This document shows positions 8,822 to 19,993 of a stretch of 30,127 bases of DNA, piece after piece. Origin of the DNA: Candidatus Neomicrothrix sp. (GTDB taxonomy: Bacteria > Actinomycetota > Acidimicrobiia > Acidimicrobiales > Acidimicrobilacustridaceae); the NCBI GenBank assembly GCA_043740665.1, contig JAYUBX010000095.1:1-30127 (forward strand). The letters run 5' to 3'. Each line of letters starts with the position of its first letter. Position 1 is the first letter of the stretch. The position numbers and the translations under genes are program-made. The notes beneath the pieces were generated by a model. The model was not told where the DNA came from. It did not search any database and worked only from the letters and a program-made list of their open reading frames with translations.

Positions 8822-9018
8822 GTGAAGGCGGATCATGCGCTGGCGGTGGCCATCGGTGCGATAGTGCCAGCGATGACCTCACCTACGGGCCGGAGGTCCT
8901 AAACGTCAGCGAGCCGACAACCACGACGGCAGCACCTACGACCACTGCTGCAACCGCCACCACGGCGCCGCCGGCGGCGACCAAAGCCGTCGCCGCATCA
9001 CCGGCCTTCACCGGGTAG
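8822..9018 (+). pseudogene. Small Thr/Ala/Pro-rich secreted-type ORF ending PAFTG, apparently frameshifted near its 5' end
   Basis: The frame ending TAG 9018 reads ...EPTTTTAAPTTTAATATTAPPAATKAVAASPAFTG and has no start codon. A hydrophobic stretch from GTG 8822 lies in an adjacent frame. Confidence 0.4.
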
Positions 9019-9033
9019 CGCTGGCTCGGGCGA

Positions 9034-9789
9034 CTACCCGCCGACGAGCGAGCGGATTTTCTCCGGCGTGGCCGGGCCGTCGTAGGACAGCTCACCGTCG
9101 CGTAGGCCGACGCAACGCGTCGCCTTGGGGGTCAGGTCCATCTGGTGCGTCGAGCAGATGATGGCGGCGCCCTGTTCGGCCACGTCGGCCAACACCTCGA
9201 CCAGTGTCTCCTGACCGGGAGTGTCGAGCCCGACGAAGGGCTCGTCGATCAGCAGCAGGCTGAAGGGTCGGATCAGTCCAAGGATCAGCGCCGTCTTCTG
9301 TTTGAGGCCTCGGCTGAACCGGGACGGCAAGTCGTCGGATCGGTCGGTGAGGTTGAACATATCGAGCAGGTCGTCGCCGTATTCCTCCCATTCTTGGGTG
9401 TTGTGCATCCGGGCGATGAACTCGATGTGCTCGTAGAGGCTGAGGTCGTCGTAGAGCACAGGCGCGTCGGGCAGGTACGAGGTGCCGGCCCGCGCCGGCA
9501 GGGTGCCGATCTTTTGTCCGAGCACCCAGGCTGCGCCGTTCGTGGGTTCGAGCAGACCGGCGGCCAGGCCGAGAAAGGTCGACTTCCCGGCGCCGTTCGG
9601 CCCGACCAGCATGACCAGTTCACCCGGCTCGACCACGAGGTCGAGGCCGACCAGACCCATGCCGTCGCCGTAGTCCTTGCCCAGCTTCGAGGTGACCAGG
9701 GACGCCCAGCCAGGAACTTCCGAGTCCGGGATCGGCGCCAGGGCGTCGTCAGCGTCGCCGTCGTCGTCGGTTCTGCGCTTGTCGGTCAC
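9034..9789 (-). CDS. ABC transporter ATP-binding protein
   Basis: GPNGAGKS, FSRGL, LLIDEP, STHQ. GTG 9789 overlaps the upstream stop (GTGA). The 964-aa track ORF is an upstream overextension. Confidence 0.9.
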   Translation of the reverse strand: MTDKRRTDDDGDADDALAPIPDSEVPGWASLVTSKLGKDYGDGMGLVGLDLVVEPGELVMLVGPNGAGKSTFLGLAAGLLEPTNGAAWVLGQKIGTLPARAGTSYLPDAPVLYDDLSLYEHIEFIARMHNTQEWEEYGDDLLDMFNLTDRSDDLPSRFSRGLKQKTALILGLIRPFSLLLIDEPFVGLDTPGQETLVEVLADVAEQGAAIICSTHQMDLTPKATRCVGLRDGELSYDGPATPEKIRSLVGG

Positions 9790-11348
9790 AGGTGGCTCGG
9801 TTTCTTGTAGCGAAGGTAGATGCCCGACCCGAAGATCAGGAAGAAGGGATAGGCCACCAGGTTGCTCACCTTGGCCGAATTGATGGCGTTGGCATCGCGT
9901 CCGGCCCCGAGCAGCGGCAGCAGGGCCACGACCACGATGGCGGGTGGGGCGATGAGTCGGGCGACCAGCACGAATCCGACCATTTCCTGACCGAGGCCCA
10001 TGATGCTGGCCACGTTGGGGGCGCCCATGGCGGTGCTGACGGCGGCGGCGAGGGCGGCCGCACAGGCAACACTGAGCACCATCGGCACGGCCAGTGAAGC
10101 CACGACATGGGCCGGCACCAAGATCAGCGCCGATGCCGCGGTGATCGAGCACACCACGACCATGGTGATGATGGCCGCCGGCAGATGCAGGATCAGCAAC
10201 CGTCCGCTGTCGTCGGGGTAGCTGCCCCAGCGGGTGGGATGGTCGATGTCCTGGGCCAGCGGTTCGACCGCGTCGTAGCCGGCCAGATAGAGCGCCAGGC
10301 CCGCCACGATGAACATGGCGGTGGCCCCGCGCCACATGGCGCCGATCGAGAGTCCGGCGACGATGGCCAACGCGACCATCCGCAACACACGGGCCACCGG
10401 GAAGCGCAGGTAGCCCTGCCAGTCGCGACGCCAGATGGCTGGCATGCGACCGTGACGACCGATGCTGAACCACGGTCGGTTGCGGGGCTTCTCCTGCGAC
10501 AGTTGTCGGCGCAGCAGCACGACGGTGCGGATGTCCTGCAGGGTGACGGCGAAGCGCAGCTGGGCCACCAGACCGGCCCGACGACGAGCCGCCTCGATCG
10601 ACAACGCGCCGACCTGCAGCACCCCGACCACGCCGATCACGAGGGCGAGTAGGGCACCGACCACGGCGATCGGCGTCACCCGGATGCTCCAGAACGCCAG
10701 GCCCCCCAGCCACGTGAGAGGTGACGTGCGCAGCTTGACCATCACATCGAGGACCGACCAGGCCAGGACGACGACGGCGATGGCGTTGGCGACCCACCAG
10801 TGCAGGCGGCGACCAGAGGTGGCCATGGCCGTGCCGACGGCCAGGATCGCGGTGAGGGAGCCGGTCAGCGCGCCGAACACCATCGGTCCGGCGACCCCGT
10901 TGGGCAGTTGGCGACCGGCCAGCATGCCGACGAGGGCGCCGACGATGAGCCCGCAGAAGGCCATGAACCGGATCTGCTTGATGGCCGGACCCCGAACGAC
11001 GGCGTCGCGGGGCACCGGGGCCATGAGCTCGTGTTGGACGACCGAGGCTTCGAGCGTGAGGGGACCACCCCGTCCGCCCGAGCGCAGGCCGAAGGCGACC
11101 GTGACCGCGATGAGCAGGCCGATGGCGGCGGGTCCCTGATCGGCGACTTTGGCCAGGCTGGCGGCCGAGAGCTTCTGGTCGGGCAGCTTGCCCACCAAGA
11201 AGATGACGACGATGGCTCCGAACAGGGCAGTGATGTAGACGCGATAGACCGCGTCGATCCAGTGGATGTCCTGCATCCGGTTTCGGCGCCGGGTCCGGCG
11301 CAGGTCCTGCAGGGCACCGGTGGTGGCCTCGGTGTCGACGGTCATCAT
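9786..11348 (-). CDS. Multi-pass membrane protein, putative ABC exporter permease
   Basis: About 12 hydrophobic segments in two blocks; coupled to the ABC ATPase. Confidence 0.75.
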   Translation of the reverse strand: MMTVDTEATTGALQDLRRTRRRNRMQDIHWIDAVYRVYITALFGAIVVIFLVGKLPDQKLSAASLAKVADQGPAAIGLLIAVTVAFGLRSGGRGGPLTLEASVVQHELMAPVPRDAVVRGPAIKQIRFMAFCGLIVGALVGMLAGRQLPNGVAGPMVFGALTGSLTAILAVGTAMATSGRRLHWWVANAIAVVVLAWSVLDVMVKLRTSPLTWLGGLAFWSIRVTPIAVVGALLALVIGVVGVLQVGALSIEAARRRAGLVAQLRFAVTLQDIRTVVLLRRQLSQEKPRNRPWFSIGRHGRMPAIWRRDWQGYLRFPVARVLRMVALAIVAGLSIGAMWRGATAMFIVAGLALYLAGYDAVEPLAQDIDHPTRWGSYPDDSGRLLILHLPAAIITMVVVCSITAASALILVPAHVVASLAVPMVLSVACAAALAAAVSTAMGAPNVASIMGLGQEMVGFVLVARLIAPPAIVVVALLPLLGAGRDANAINSAKVSNLVAYPFFLIFGSGIYLRYKKPSHL

Positions 11349-11434
11349 CGTTGGAGAAATCTACCGGTCCCGCCCGCGTGGCTGGAATCGGCCCGGTTGT
11401 GGGCGACATGCCCGCCGGGCCGTAGCCTGCGGCG

Positions 11435-13279
<1,845 letters not shown>

Positions 13280-13343
13280 CAGACCAACTGGTGAGGACGC
13301 AGTGGGGCGGCGGAACGGGGCGGACAATCTAGGTTGGGCACCC

Positions 13344-14624
13344 ATGGTCGATGTCACGAGTCGCCCGCGTCGAACCGAGTCGGATCATGCCGACGAGCGG
13401 TGTTGGCGTTGGTGGAAGCCGGCGCTGGTCTTCGTGGCCGTGGCCGTGGCCGTGTGGCTGGTCACCTTCGTCGCGGCCGAGACGCTTCCCCGTGACTATC
13501 TGTTCCCTCGGGTGAGCCATCCTTCCGGCGGTCCGCTGGTCGAGATGTGGATGCGATGGGACGCCGGCTGGTATCGCGAGATCGTCCGTCACGGCTACCG
13601 CTACGACCCCGGGGTGCAGAGCTCGGTCGCCTACTTCCCGGCTTACCCGCTGGTCATCGCTGCGTTGGCGTGGGCGTTCCCGGGCATTCCGGCGGCGGCC
13701 GTATTCGTGACCGCCGTATCGGGTCTGGGCAGCGCCATCTTATTCCACCGGTGGTGCTCGACCCGGATGAGTTCGACGGCCGCGACGACGGCCCTGCTGG
13801 TGATGCTGGTCTCGCCCTACGCCTGGTACCTGTTCGGCGCCGTCTATTCGGATGCGTTCTTCCTGCTGGTCGTGCTGGCCGCCTTCGTGCTCGTCGATCG
13901 CGAGCGGTACTGGCTCGCCGGCGTGGCCGGCTTTGTGGCCACCGCGTCGCGACCAACCGGCATCGCGGTCGCCATCGGCCTCGTGCTGGTCGTGCTCGAA
14001 CGAGCGAACCAGGCCCAGGTCGACGCCGCCGTGGCCGAGCCGATGGTGCAGACCGCGCCGCAACCGGCTTGGCCGGTTCGGGCCTGGCACGGCCTGTGGT
14101 GCCGTTTCGACCCGCGCGCGCTGTCGTGGCGCATCGCTCCCGTACTCATCAGCTTCGGTGGTCTGGCGGCCTGGATCTCCTACCTGTGGGTGCGGTTCGG
14201 CGATCCGCTGCTGTTCATCCACATCGAGAGCACGTGGTGGCAAGGGGCGGGGCCGCGCACCTGGTTGAAGTACTCCTTCTTCGAACAGATCCACGACGTG
14301 CCGCACCACATCTTCCCGGCCAGCCTGATGCTGCACGCGGTCGCCGGGTTGGTGGCGCTGCTGCTGGTGCCGCGTGTAGCCCGCCGATTCGGGTGGGGCT
14401 ACGCCGGGTACGTGCTGATCGTGATGGGGATCCCGGTGCTCGGCACCAAGGACTTCATGAGCTGTGGCCGGTACCTGCTGGCCGCTTTTCCGATCTTCGC
14501 CCTCGTGGGCGCCTGGCTGGTCGAGCGCCATTCGGTGCTGGCCCGACGGGCTTGGATCGGTGTCTCGGCATTGGTGTTGCTCAGCTTCTGCGCGCTGTGG
14601 GCCCAGGGCAAGTACCTGTCGTGA
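13344..14624 (+). CDS. GT-C fold membrane glycosyltransferase (PIG-V-like mannosyltransferase)
   Basis: RWDAGWY, AYFPAYP, YSDAFF, SRPTG, GRY motifs; many TM helices. Confidence 0.8.
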   Translation: MVDVTSRPRRTESDHADERCWRWWKPALVFVAVAVAVWLVTFVAAETLPRDYLFPRVSHPSGGPLVEMWMRWDAGWYREIVRHGYRYDPGVQSSVAYFPAYPLVIAALAWAFPGIPAAAVFVTAVSGLGSAILFHRWCSTRMSSTAATTALLVMLVSPYAWYLFGAVYSDAFFLLVVLAAFVLVDRERYWLAGVAGFVATASRPTGIAVAIGLVLVVLERANQAQVDAAVAEPMVQTAPQPAWPVRAWHGLWCRFDPRALSWRIAPVLISFGGLAAWISYLWVRFGDPLLFIHIESTWWQGAGPRTWLKYSFFEQIHDVPHHIFPASLMLHAVAGLVALLLVPRVARRFGWGYAGYVLIVMGIPVLGTKDFMSCGRYLLAAFPIFALVGAWLVERHSVLARRAWIGVSALVLLSFCALWAQGKYLS

Positions 14625-14722
14625 TCGACCGGTCGTGGTCGGCGGCGGTTACTGACGGCTGCTGACGCGGGTCCGGCCTGGCAAGATGCCTCCGAATCCG
14701 AAAGCTGGCTGAGGAGCACGTC

Positions 14723-15508
14723 ATGGCCGAATTGAACGAGCTGCCCCTGGAGGGCCGAGTGGCGCTGGTGACCGGAGGTGGTCGCGGCATCGGGCGGGCC
14801 ATCTCGTTGGGTCTCGCCGCCGATGGCGCCGATGTGGCGGTCAACTACCGCAAGGACCGCGACTCGGCCGACGCGACGGTCGCCGACATCGAGGCCCTCG
14901 GTCGCCGAGGGGTGGCCTATCAGGCGTCGATCGACCTGCTCGAGGACGATCAACGGCTCGCGGCTGAAGTCATCGCCGACTTCGGTGCGATCGACATCCT
15001 CGTCAACAACGGGGGGATCGCCAGTCGAGGCAACAGCGTGGCCGACACCGATCCGGCCGAGCTCGAACGGGTGCTGCGCACGCATGCGCTGGGCCCCCAT
15101 CACCTGTGTCAGGCGGTGCTGCCCTCGATGCGCACACGGGACCGGGGCGACATCATCTTCATCTCGTCGGTGGCCACGCTGACCCACGCCGCCAACGGCG
15201 GTCCCTACAACATGGGCAAGGCGGCCATGGATGCCCTGGCCCTGACCTTGGCCAAGGAAGAGCTGCGCCACGACATCCACGTCAACATCGTGGCCCCCGG
15301 GCTGGTCGACACGTCGATGGGCCAGAAGCTGATGAAGGCGGTGGCGGGAGTCGACGACCTGCGCACCCTCGACGCCTCGATGCCCTTCGGCCGGGTTTGC
15401 CAGCCCGACGACGTGGCTGACGTGGTCCGCTGGTTCGTGTCGCCGGCCGCCGCCTATGTCACCGGGCAGCGGGTGAACGTCGACGGGCTTGCCACTTTCC
15501 TTCGCTGA
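14723..15508 (+). CDS. SDR family oxidoreductase
   Basis: TGGGRGIG, LVNNGG, YNMGK, PGLVDT. SD GAGGAG. Confidence 0.92.
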   Translation: MAELNELPLEGRVALVTGGGRGIGRAISLGLAADGADVAVNYRKDRDSADATVADIEALGRRGVAYQASIDLLEDDQRLAAEVIADFGAIDILVNNGGIASRGNSVADTDPAELERVLRTHALGPHHLCQAVLPSMRTRDRGDIIFISSVATLTHAANGGPYNMGKAAMDALALTLAKEELRHDIHVNIVAPGLVDTSMGQKLMKAVAGVDDLRTLDASMPFGRVCQPDDVADVVRWFVSPAAAYVTGQRVNVDGLATFLR

Positions 15509-15525
15509 GCCGTGATGGGCGCCGG

Positions 15526-15531
15526 TAGCCT
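15526..15531 (+). promoter_or_regulatory. -10 element (TAGCCT) of a probable leaderless nfuA transcript
   Basis: TANNNT 7 nt before ATG 15539. Confidence 0.55.
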
Positions 15532-15538
15532 GTCGGGC

Positions 15539-16207
15539 ATGGCCATGAGCACCGACACGACCGACCAGGACGCGACCAAGTCTGACGATGCCCCGTCCCA
15601 CGAGGCGGAGCCGGTGTTCATCGTTACCGATGCGGCCATGGCCAAGGTGCTCGAGATCCGCGGCGCCGAGGACGAGCCAACGTCGCTCTGCCTCTGGATC
15701 GAGGTCACCGGTGCCAACGGGGTCGACTACACCTACGACCTGTCGTTCGAGGCCATCGCCGACCTCGAGCCCACCGACCACCTCGAGATGATCGGTGAGC
15801 TCACCGTCGCCATCCCGGTCGGAAGCCTCGACAATCTGCGGGGCGCGACGCTCGACCTGCCGGCCGCCGCCGGTCAGGGTGGCCTGGTGTTGCGCAACCC
15901 GAACCGGCCCAACCCGCTGCTGGGTGTCGATCTCGAGCTCACCGGTGACTTGGCCGACAAGGTCGGGCAGTTGCTCGAGCAGTCGATCAACCCGTCCTTG
16001 GCTTCTCACGGTGGCTTCGCCACGCTGGTCGGCGTCGACGACACCCGCGTGTTCCTCACCATGGGCGGCGGCTGTCAGGGTTGCTCGATGAGTGCGGCCA
16101 CCCTGGTCGAGGGCATCCAGGTCGCCATCAAAGAGGCGCTGCCCGAGGTCACCGAAGTGGTCGACGCCACCGACCACAGCGCCGGCGAGAACCCGTTCTA
16201 CAGCTGA
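15539..16207 (+). CDS. nfuA: Fe-S cluster carrier NfuA (degenerate A-type N-domain plus NifU C-domain)
   Basis: INPSLASHGG, MGGGCQGCSMSAATL, DATDH...NPFY. TAGCCT 7 nt before ATG 15539. Confidence 0.88.
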   Translation: MAMSTDTTDQDATKSDDAPSHEAEPVFIVTDAAMAKVLEIRGAEDEPTSLCLWIEVTGANGVDYTYDLSFEAIADLEPTDHLEMIGELTVAIPVGSLDNLRGATLDLPAAAGQGGLVLRNPNRPNPLLGVDLELTGDLADKVGQLLEQSINPSLASHGGFATLVGVDDTRVFLTMGGGCQGCSMSAATLVEGIQVAIKEALPEVTEVVDATDHSAGENPFYS

Positions 16208-16208
16208 C
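16186..16208 (+). repeat. 23-bp direct repeat, left copy (3' end of nfuA; attL-like)
   Basis: CGAGAACCCGTTCTACAGCTGAC, identical to 17783-17805. Confidence 0.95.
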
Positions 16209-16498
16209 TACTCGACGCGTCAGCCGGTCCTGCCGTGGCTGGTCGAACTCCAACACTCCCGTCGAACGGGTACCGCGCGGCGAATCGATTGCCGGCCAGG
16301 TCGCGCGGAGCGATTCCGGGTGGCTGCAACTTCGCCTATGTTCCGCCTCGTGGAGCACATCTTCCCACCGTTCATCGGTTCCGTAGGGTCATCTGAGTTC
16401 AAATCTGGCGGAGTAACCAGCCAAACACCCCCTATGTTTGGCGGGGGCACCCGCCAAAGGCCCTGGACATCTGGCTGGGGCTCGTTACGGTACAGCGC

Positions 16499-17752
16499 AT
16501 GCGCGATGACGAGATCCGGCGGATACTCACGACCGGGAGTCCATGTGGAGGGCTGCTGCGGCGGGTGGCGACGTAACCGCCTGGACAGGCTCGTACCGAG
16601 CGCTGAAGGACCGCGCCAGGTACGACATCGGGTATCGGCCAAGTACCTTCGACGACATCGCCACGGCGCCGTTCGGGGACCCTCTCGTTGTGCTGACTGG
16701 GCCCCGGCGGGTCGGGAAGAGTGTCGCGCTACTCGATCTTGCAGCGAGTCTCAGTGGCCGTCGAGACGTCGATCCTCACCAGGTGATCTACGTCCAGTGC
16801 GACGAACTTGCCGCCCGTGACTTGCGACGGACCCTGACCCTCGGACGGGAGCTCACCCGAGTCGTCGATCAACCAGCACCCACTCGGCCTGTTCGGCGAC
16901 GACACGGTGATCGTGACTGGAAGCCAGCGGCTGCCGGGTGAGAATGTGCGCGGCAACCTCCTGGCTCGCCGCGCGGGGTCTGGTCAACACCGCGTGCGAC
17001 TCCTGTTCCCACGCTCATTTCGAGACTTCGTCTCGGCGACGCGCCAGGGTCTGTTTCTGCCGCCAAAGGTCCACCCTGCGGAGCTTCAGGACCCTGCGGT
17101 GGGTTCCGCCTAGAGCCGCTCAAGTTTGAGGTGGACGCCTACGACCTCACATGGCAGGACTACCTGACATGTGGCGGCTTCCCGCGAGCAGTGGGGGAGC
17201 ATATGCGCGCGACAGCATGGTCTCCATCGAGTACGTCCGAGATCTTCTCGCATGGCCCCAGCGCGACGTCGACGCGGACAGCGCTCCTCAGTCACTCCCG
17301 TTGCTCTTGGAAGAGATCGCTTCACACATGACCACCCCCCTCAGCATCCGGGCAACCGCGGAGAAACTCGGAATGGGACGCGACGCCACCTCAACCCGCC
17401 TGAACCGACTCGTCTCGAGCTTCGCGGCGCTTTGGTGCCCGCAGCACCGCTGCCTCCCGCCAGATCGAGAACGCGCAGATGAAGATCTACCTCACGGATC
17501 CGCTTCTCGCGCATCTTCCGTCCAGGGTGCGGCAAGGAGATCGACCTCGGTCCCTCCCGCGTCCCAACTGCAGCCGGCACTGCACTCCGCGGTCCAATCG
17601 AGAGCAAGTGGGTCGACGCTGGATGGCGCTCTGAGGCTCAGGTGGTAGAGAAGAAGCTCGGCGGTGGCATCCTCGCTACGAAGTCAATCCTCGACATGGA
17701 CCACCCGACGTGGGCGGTGCCTGCGCCGCTGCTCGCAGCTCTGTTGCGTTGA
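16499..17752 (+). pseudogene. Fragmented AAA ATPase with C-terminal PD-(D/E)XK-like domain (AAA_14/DUF4143-type)
   Basis: Seven segments with six frame changes: MRDDEIRRILTTGSP / WRA...GPRRVGKS / VIVTGS...SFRDF / YLTCGGFPRAV / VRDLL...ALWCPQ / KIYLTDPLL / KEIDL...IESKW...ALLR*. The Walker B region is deleted. Confidence 0.85.
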
Positions 17753-17782
17753 ACACCTGTACTGAGCTGCAGGGTCTCCGCA

Positions 17783-17805
17783 CGAGAACCCGTTCTACAG
17801 CTGAC
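17783..17805 (+). repeat. 23-bp direct repeat, right copy (attR-like)
   Basis: CGAGAACCCGTTCTACAGCTGAC, duplicating the last codons and stop of nfuA. Confidence 0.95.
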
Positions 17806-17817
17806 GACGGTGGGCGC

Positions 17818-18114
17818 CTAGATGACCGATTGGTCGCTGCCCTCGGGGTAGCTGCCGGTCGCCGCTTTCCAGGCCTCGGCGGCACCGCGGCGGGCCAGCA
17901 GGCTGCTGACGGCGAGGGCGGCTCCGGACGCGATGGCCCACGTCAACGCTTCGGCCCAGTTGGTGCCGGGCTGGCCGGGGTTGGTGGGCGGATCGTCGCC
18001 TTCGACCTGCTTCCACACAGTCGTCAGGACCTTGCGGGTGACGGTGACCGCCACCAGTCCGCTGACTATGCCGACGGCCCGCCACACGACCTTCTCGATG
18101 TTGGACGAGGCCAT
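17818..18114 (-). CDS. DUF4235-like small membrane protein
   Basis: RKVLTTVWKQVEGDDPPTNP...WAEALTWAIASG; TGATG coupling to dxs. Confidence 0.8.
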   Translation of the reverse strand: MASSNIEKVVWRAVGIVSGLVAVTVTRKVLTTVWKQVEGDDPPTNPGQPGTNWAEALTWAIASGAALAVSSLLARRGAAEAWKAATGSYPEGSDQSVI

Positions 18115-19988
18115 CAGGAACGAGGCATGTGGTCGGTGGCGATATCGGTCGAGATGAGGCTCATGGCCGAGGCGAAGATGCCGTCGCGGTCGAGACCGAG
18201 GTCGGCCATGATGGCGGCGGGCTTGGCGTGCAGCAAATAGGTGTCGGGCGTACCCAGCACTCGGACACGCGGCTCGTGCTCGCCCAGCGTGTGTTCGGCT
18301 AGCTGATCGGCGATGGCGCTGCCGATGCCGCCCTCACGAACCCCGTCCTCGACGGTGAGCACCCATGGATGACGAGCGGCATCGGCCAACATCTCGGGGT
18401 CGAGTGGCTTCACGACCCGGGCATCCCACAGGGTGACCGACGTGCCGTCGGCGATGAGTCGGTCGGCGGCGGCCTCGGCTGCGTCGAGCATCTTGCCGAC
18501 CGAGATGATGCACAGGTCGTTGCCGTGGCGAAGGCGACGCCCCTGCAGCCCCCGGCCGACGTGCTCCGGCGATTCGTGGCGGGCTGCGGTCTTGGGCCAC
18601 CGGATGGTGACCGGCCCGTCGGTGATGGCGATGGCGTCGTGCAGGTTCTGTTGCAGTTCTTGGTACGACGACGGGGCGAACACGGTCATGCCGGGAACCT
18701 TGGTCAGCAGCATCATGTCGAGCACGCCGTTGTGTGACGGCCCTTCGTCGCCGGTGATGCCCGCTCGATCGAGGCAGAAGATGACCGGCTGACCGTGCAG
18801 CCCGACATCGAGGTTGACCTGGTCGAAGGCCCGGGTGAGGAAGGTCGAGTAGACGGCCACGACGGGCCTCAGGCCACCCATGGCCATGCCGGCGGCCGCG
18901 GTGACGGCATGCTGCTCGGCGATGCCGACATCGAAACAGCGGTCGGGGAACCGTTCGCTGAACGGCAACAGCCCGGTCGAGTCGGGCATGGCCGCGGTGA
19001 TCGCCACCAGCTCGGGGTGCAGCTCGGCTTCTTTGATGAGGGCCTCGGTGAAGGCCGCGGTGTAGGTGCCGGGCTTGGGCTCGCCAGGGCCCATGTCGTG
19101 CAGGCGCTTGATGGGGTCGTTTTCGGCCGGGCCGTACCCACGGCCCTTCTGGGTCATGACGTGCACGACCTGCGGACCACCGATCTGTGCCGCGTTGCGG
19201 AAGGCTTCTTCGAGGGCGGCGACATCGTGACCGTCGAACGGCCCGGTGTAGCGCACGCCGAGGGTCTCGAAGAATGCCGTGGGCTCCCACATCTCGCGGA
19301 TAGCCGCCTTGGTGGCTTCGAGGCCCCGCTCGAGCCGGTCGCCCACGGCGGGGACCTCCCGCAGGAGCTTCTCGATGCGAGCCTGGCGGCGCATGTAGAC
19401 GGGGTTGTTGCGGATGCGGGCCAGACCCTCGCCCAGGCGGCTGATGGTGGGGGCGTACGAACGGCCGTTGTCGTTGAGCACGATGATGCAGTCGCGGCCG
19501 CTGTGGCCCAGGTTGTTGAGGCCCTCGTAGGCCATGCCGCCGGTGAGGGCACCGTCGCCGATGACTGCGATCACCCGACGCTTCGACCCGAGCTCGCTCT
19601 GTTCGGCGGTCGCCAGCCCGTAGGCGTAGCTGAGCACGGTCGAGGCGTGGCTGTTCTCGATCCAGTCGAACTCGCTCTCGTGGCGACTGGGATAACCCGA
19701 CAGTCCCTCGGCCTCGCGGAGCCGGGCGAAGTCGGCGCGTCGGCCGGTGACGATCTTGTGGACGTAGGCCTGATGGCCGGTGTCCCACAGCAGGATGTCG
19801 TTGGGCGTGTCGAACACGCGGTGTAGGGCCAGAGTCAACTCGACCACGCCCAGATTCGAACCGAGGTGCCCACCGTGGGTGTTGACCGAATCGACGATGA
19901 ACTGGCGGATCTCGATGGCGAGCGTCTCGAGCTCGGCCGCGTCGAGATCCTTGAGGTCGGCCGGGCCGTCAATATTCTCGAGGATCAT
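18114..19988 (-). CDS. dxs: 1-deoxy-D-xylulose-5-phosphate synthase
   Basis: GGHLGSNLG, WDTGHQAY, GDGALTGG...NNLG...LNDN, GIAEQHAV, DRAG...GPSHNG. True start is ATG 19988 (MILENIDGPADLK), not 20948. Confidence 0.96.
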   Translation of the reverse strand: MILENIDGPADLKDLDAAELETLAIEIRQFIVDSVNTHGGHLGSNLGVVELTLALHRVFDTPNDILLWDTGHQAYVHKIVTGRRADFARLREAEGLSGYPSRHESEFDWIENSHASTVLSYAYGLATAEQSELGSKRRVIAVIGDGALTGGMAYEGLNNLGHSGRDCIIVLNDNGRSYAPTISRLGEGLARIRNNPVYMRRQARIEKLLREVPAVGDRLERGLEATKAAIREMWEPTAFFETLGVRYTGPFDGHDVAALEEAFRNAAQIGGPQVVHVMTQKGRGYGPAENDPIKRLHDMGPGEPKPGTYTAAFTEALIKEAELHPELVAITAAMPDSTGLLPFSERFPDRCFDVGIAEQHAVTAAAGMAMGGLRPVVAVYSTFLTRAFDQVNLDVGLHGQPVIFCLDRAGITGDEGPSHNGVLDMMLLTKVPGMTVFAPSSYQELQQNLHDAIAITDGPVTIRWPKTAARHESPEHVGRGLQGRRLRHGNDLCIISVGKMLDAAEAAADRLIADGTSVTLWDARVVKPLDPEMLADAARHPWVLTVEDGVREGGIGSAIADQLAEHTLGEHEPRVRVLGTPDTYLLHAKPAAIMADLGLDRDGIFASAMSLISTDIATDHMPRS

Positions 19989-19993
19989 CGGTT

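Larger units (their letters stand above)
16186..17805. mobile_element. Decayed integrative-element remnant inserted at the nfuA 3' end
   Basis: Exact 23-bp flanking direct repeats 1597 bp apart, visibly more AT-rich interior, cargo pseudogene. No integrase remains. Confidence 0.7.
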
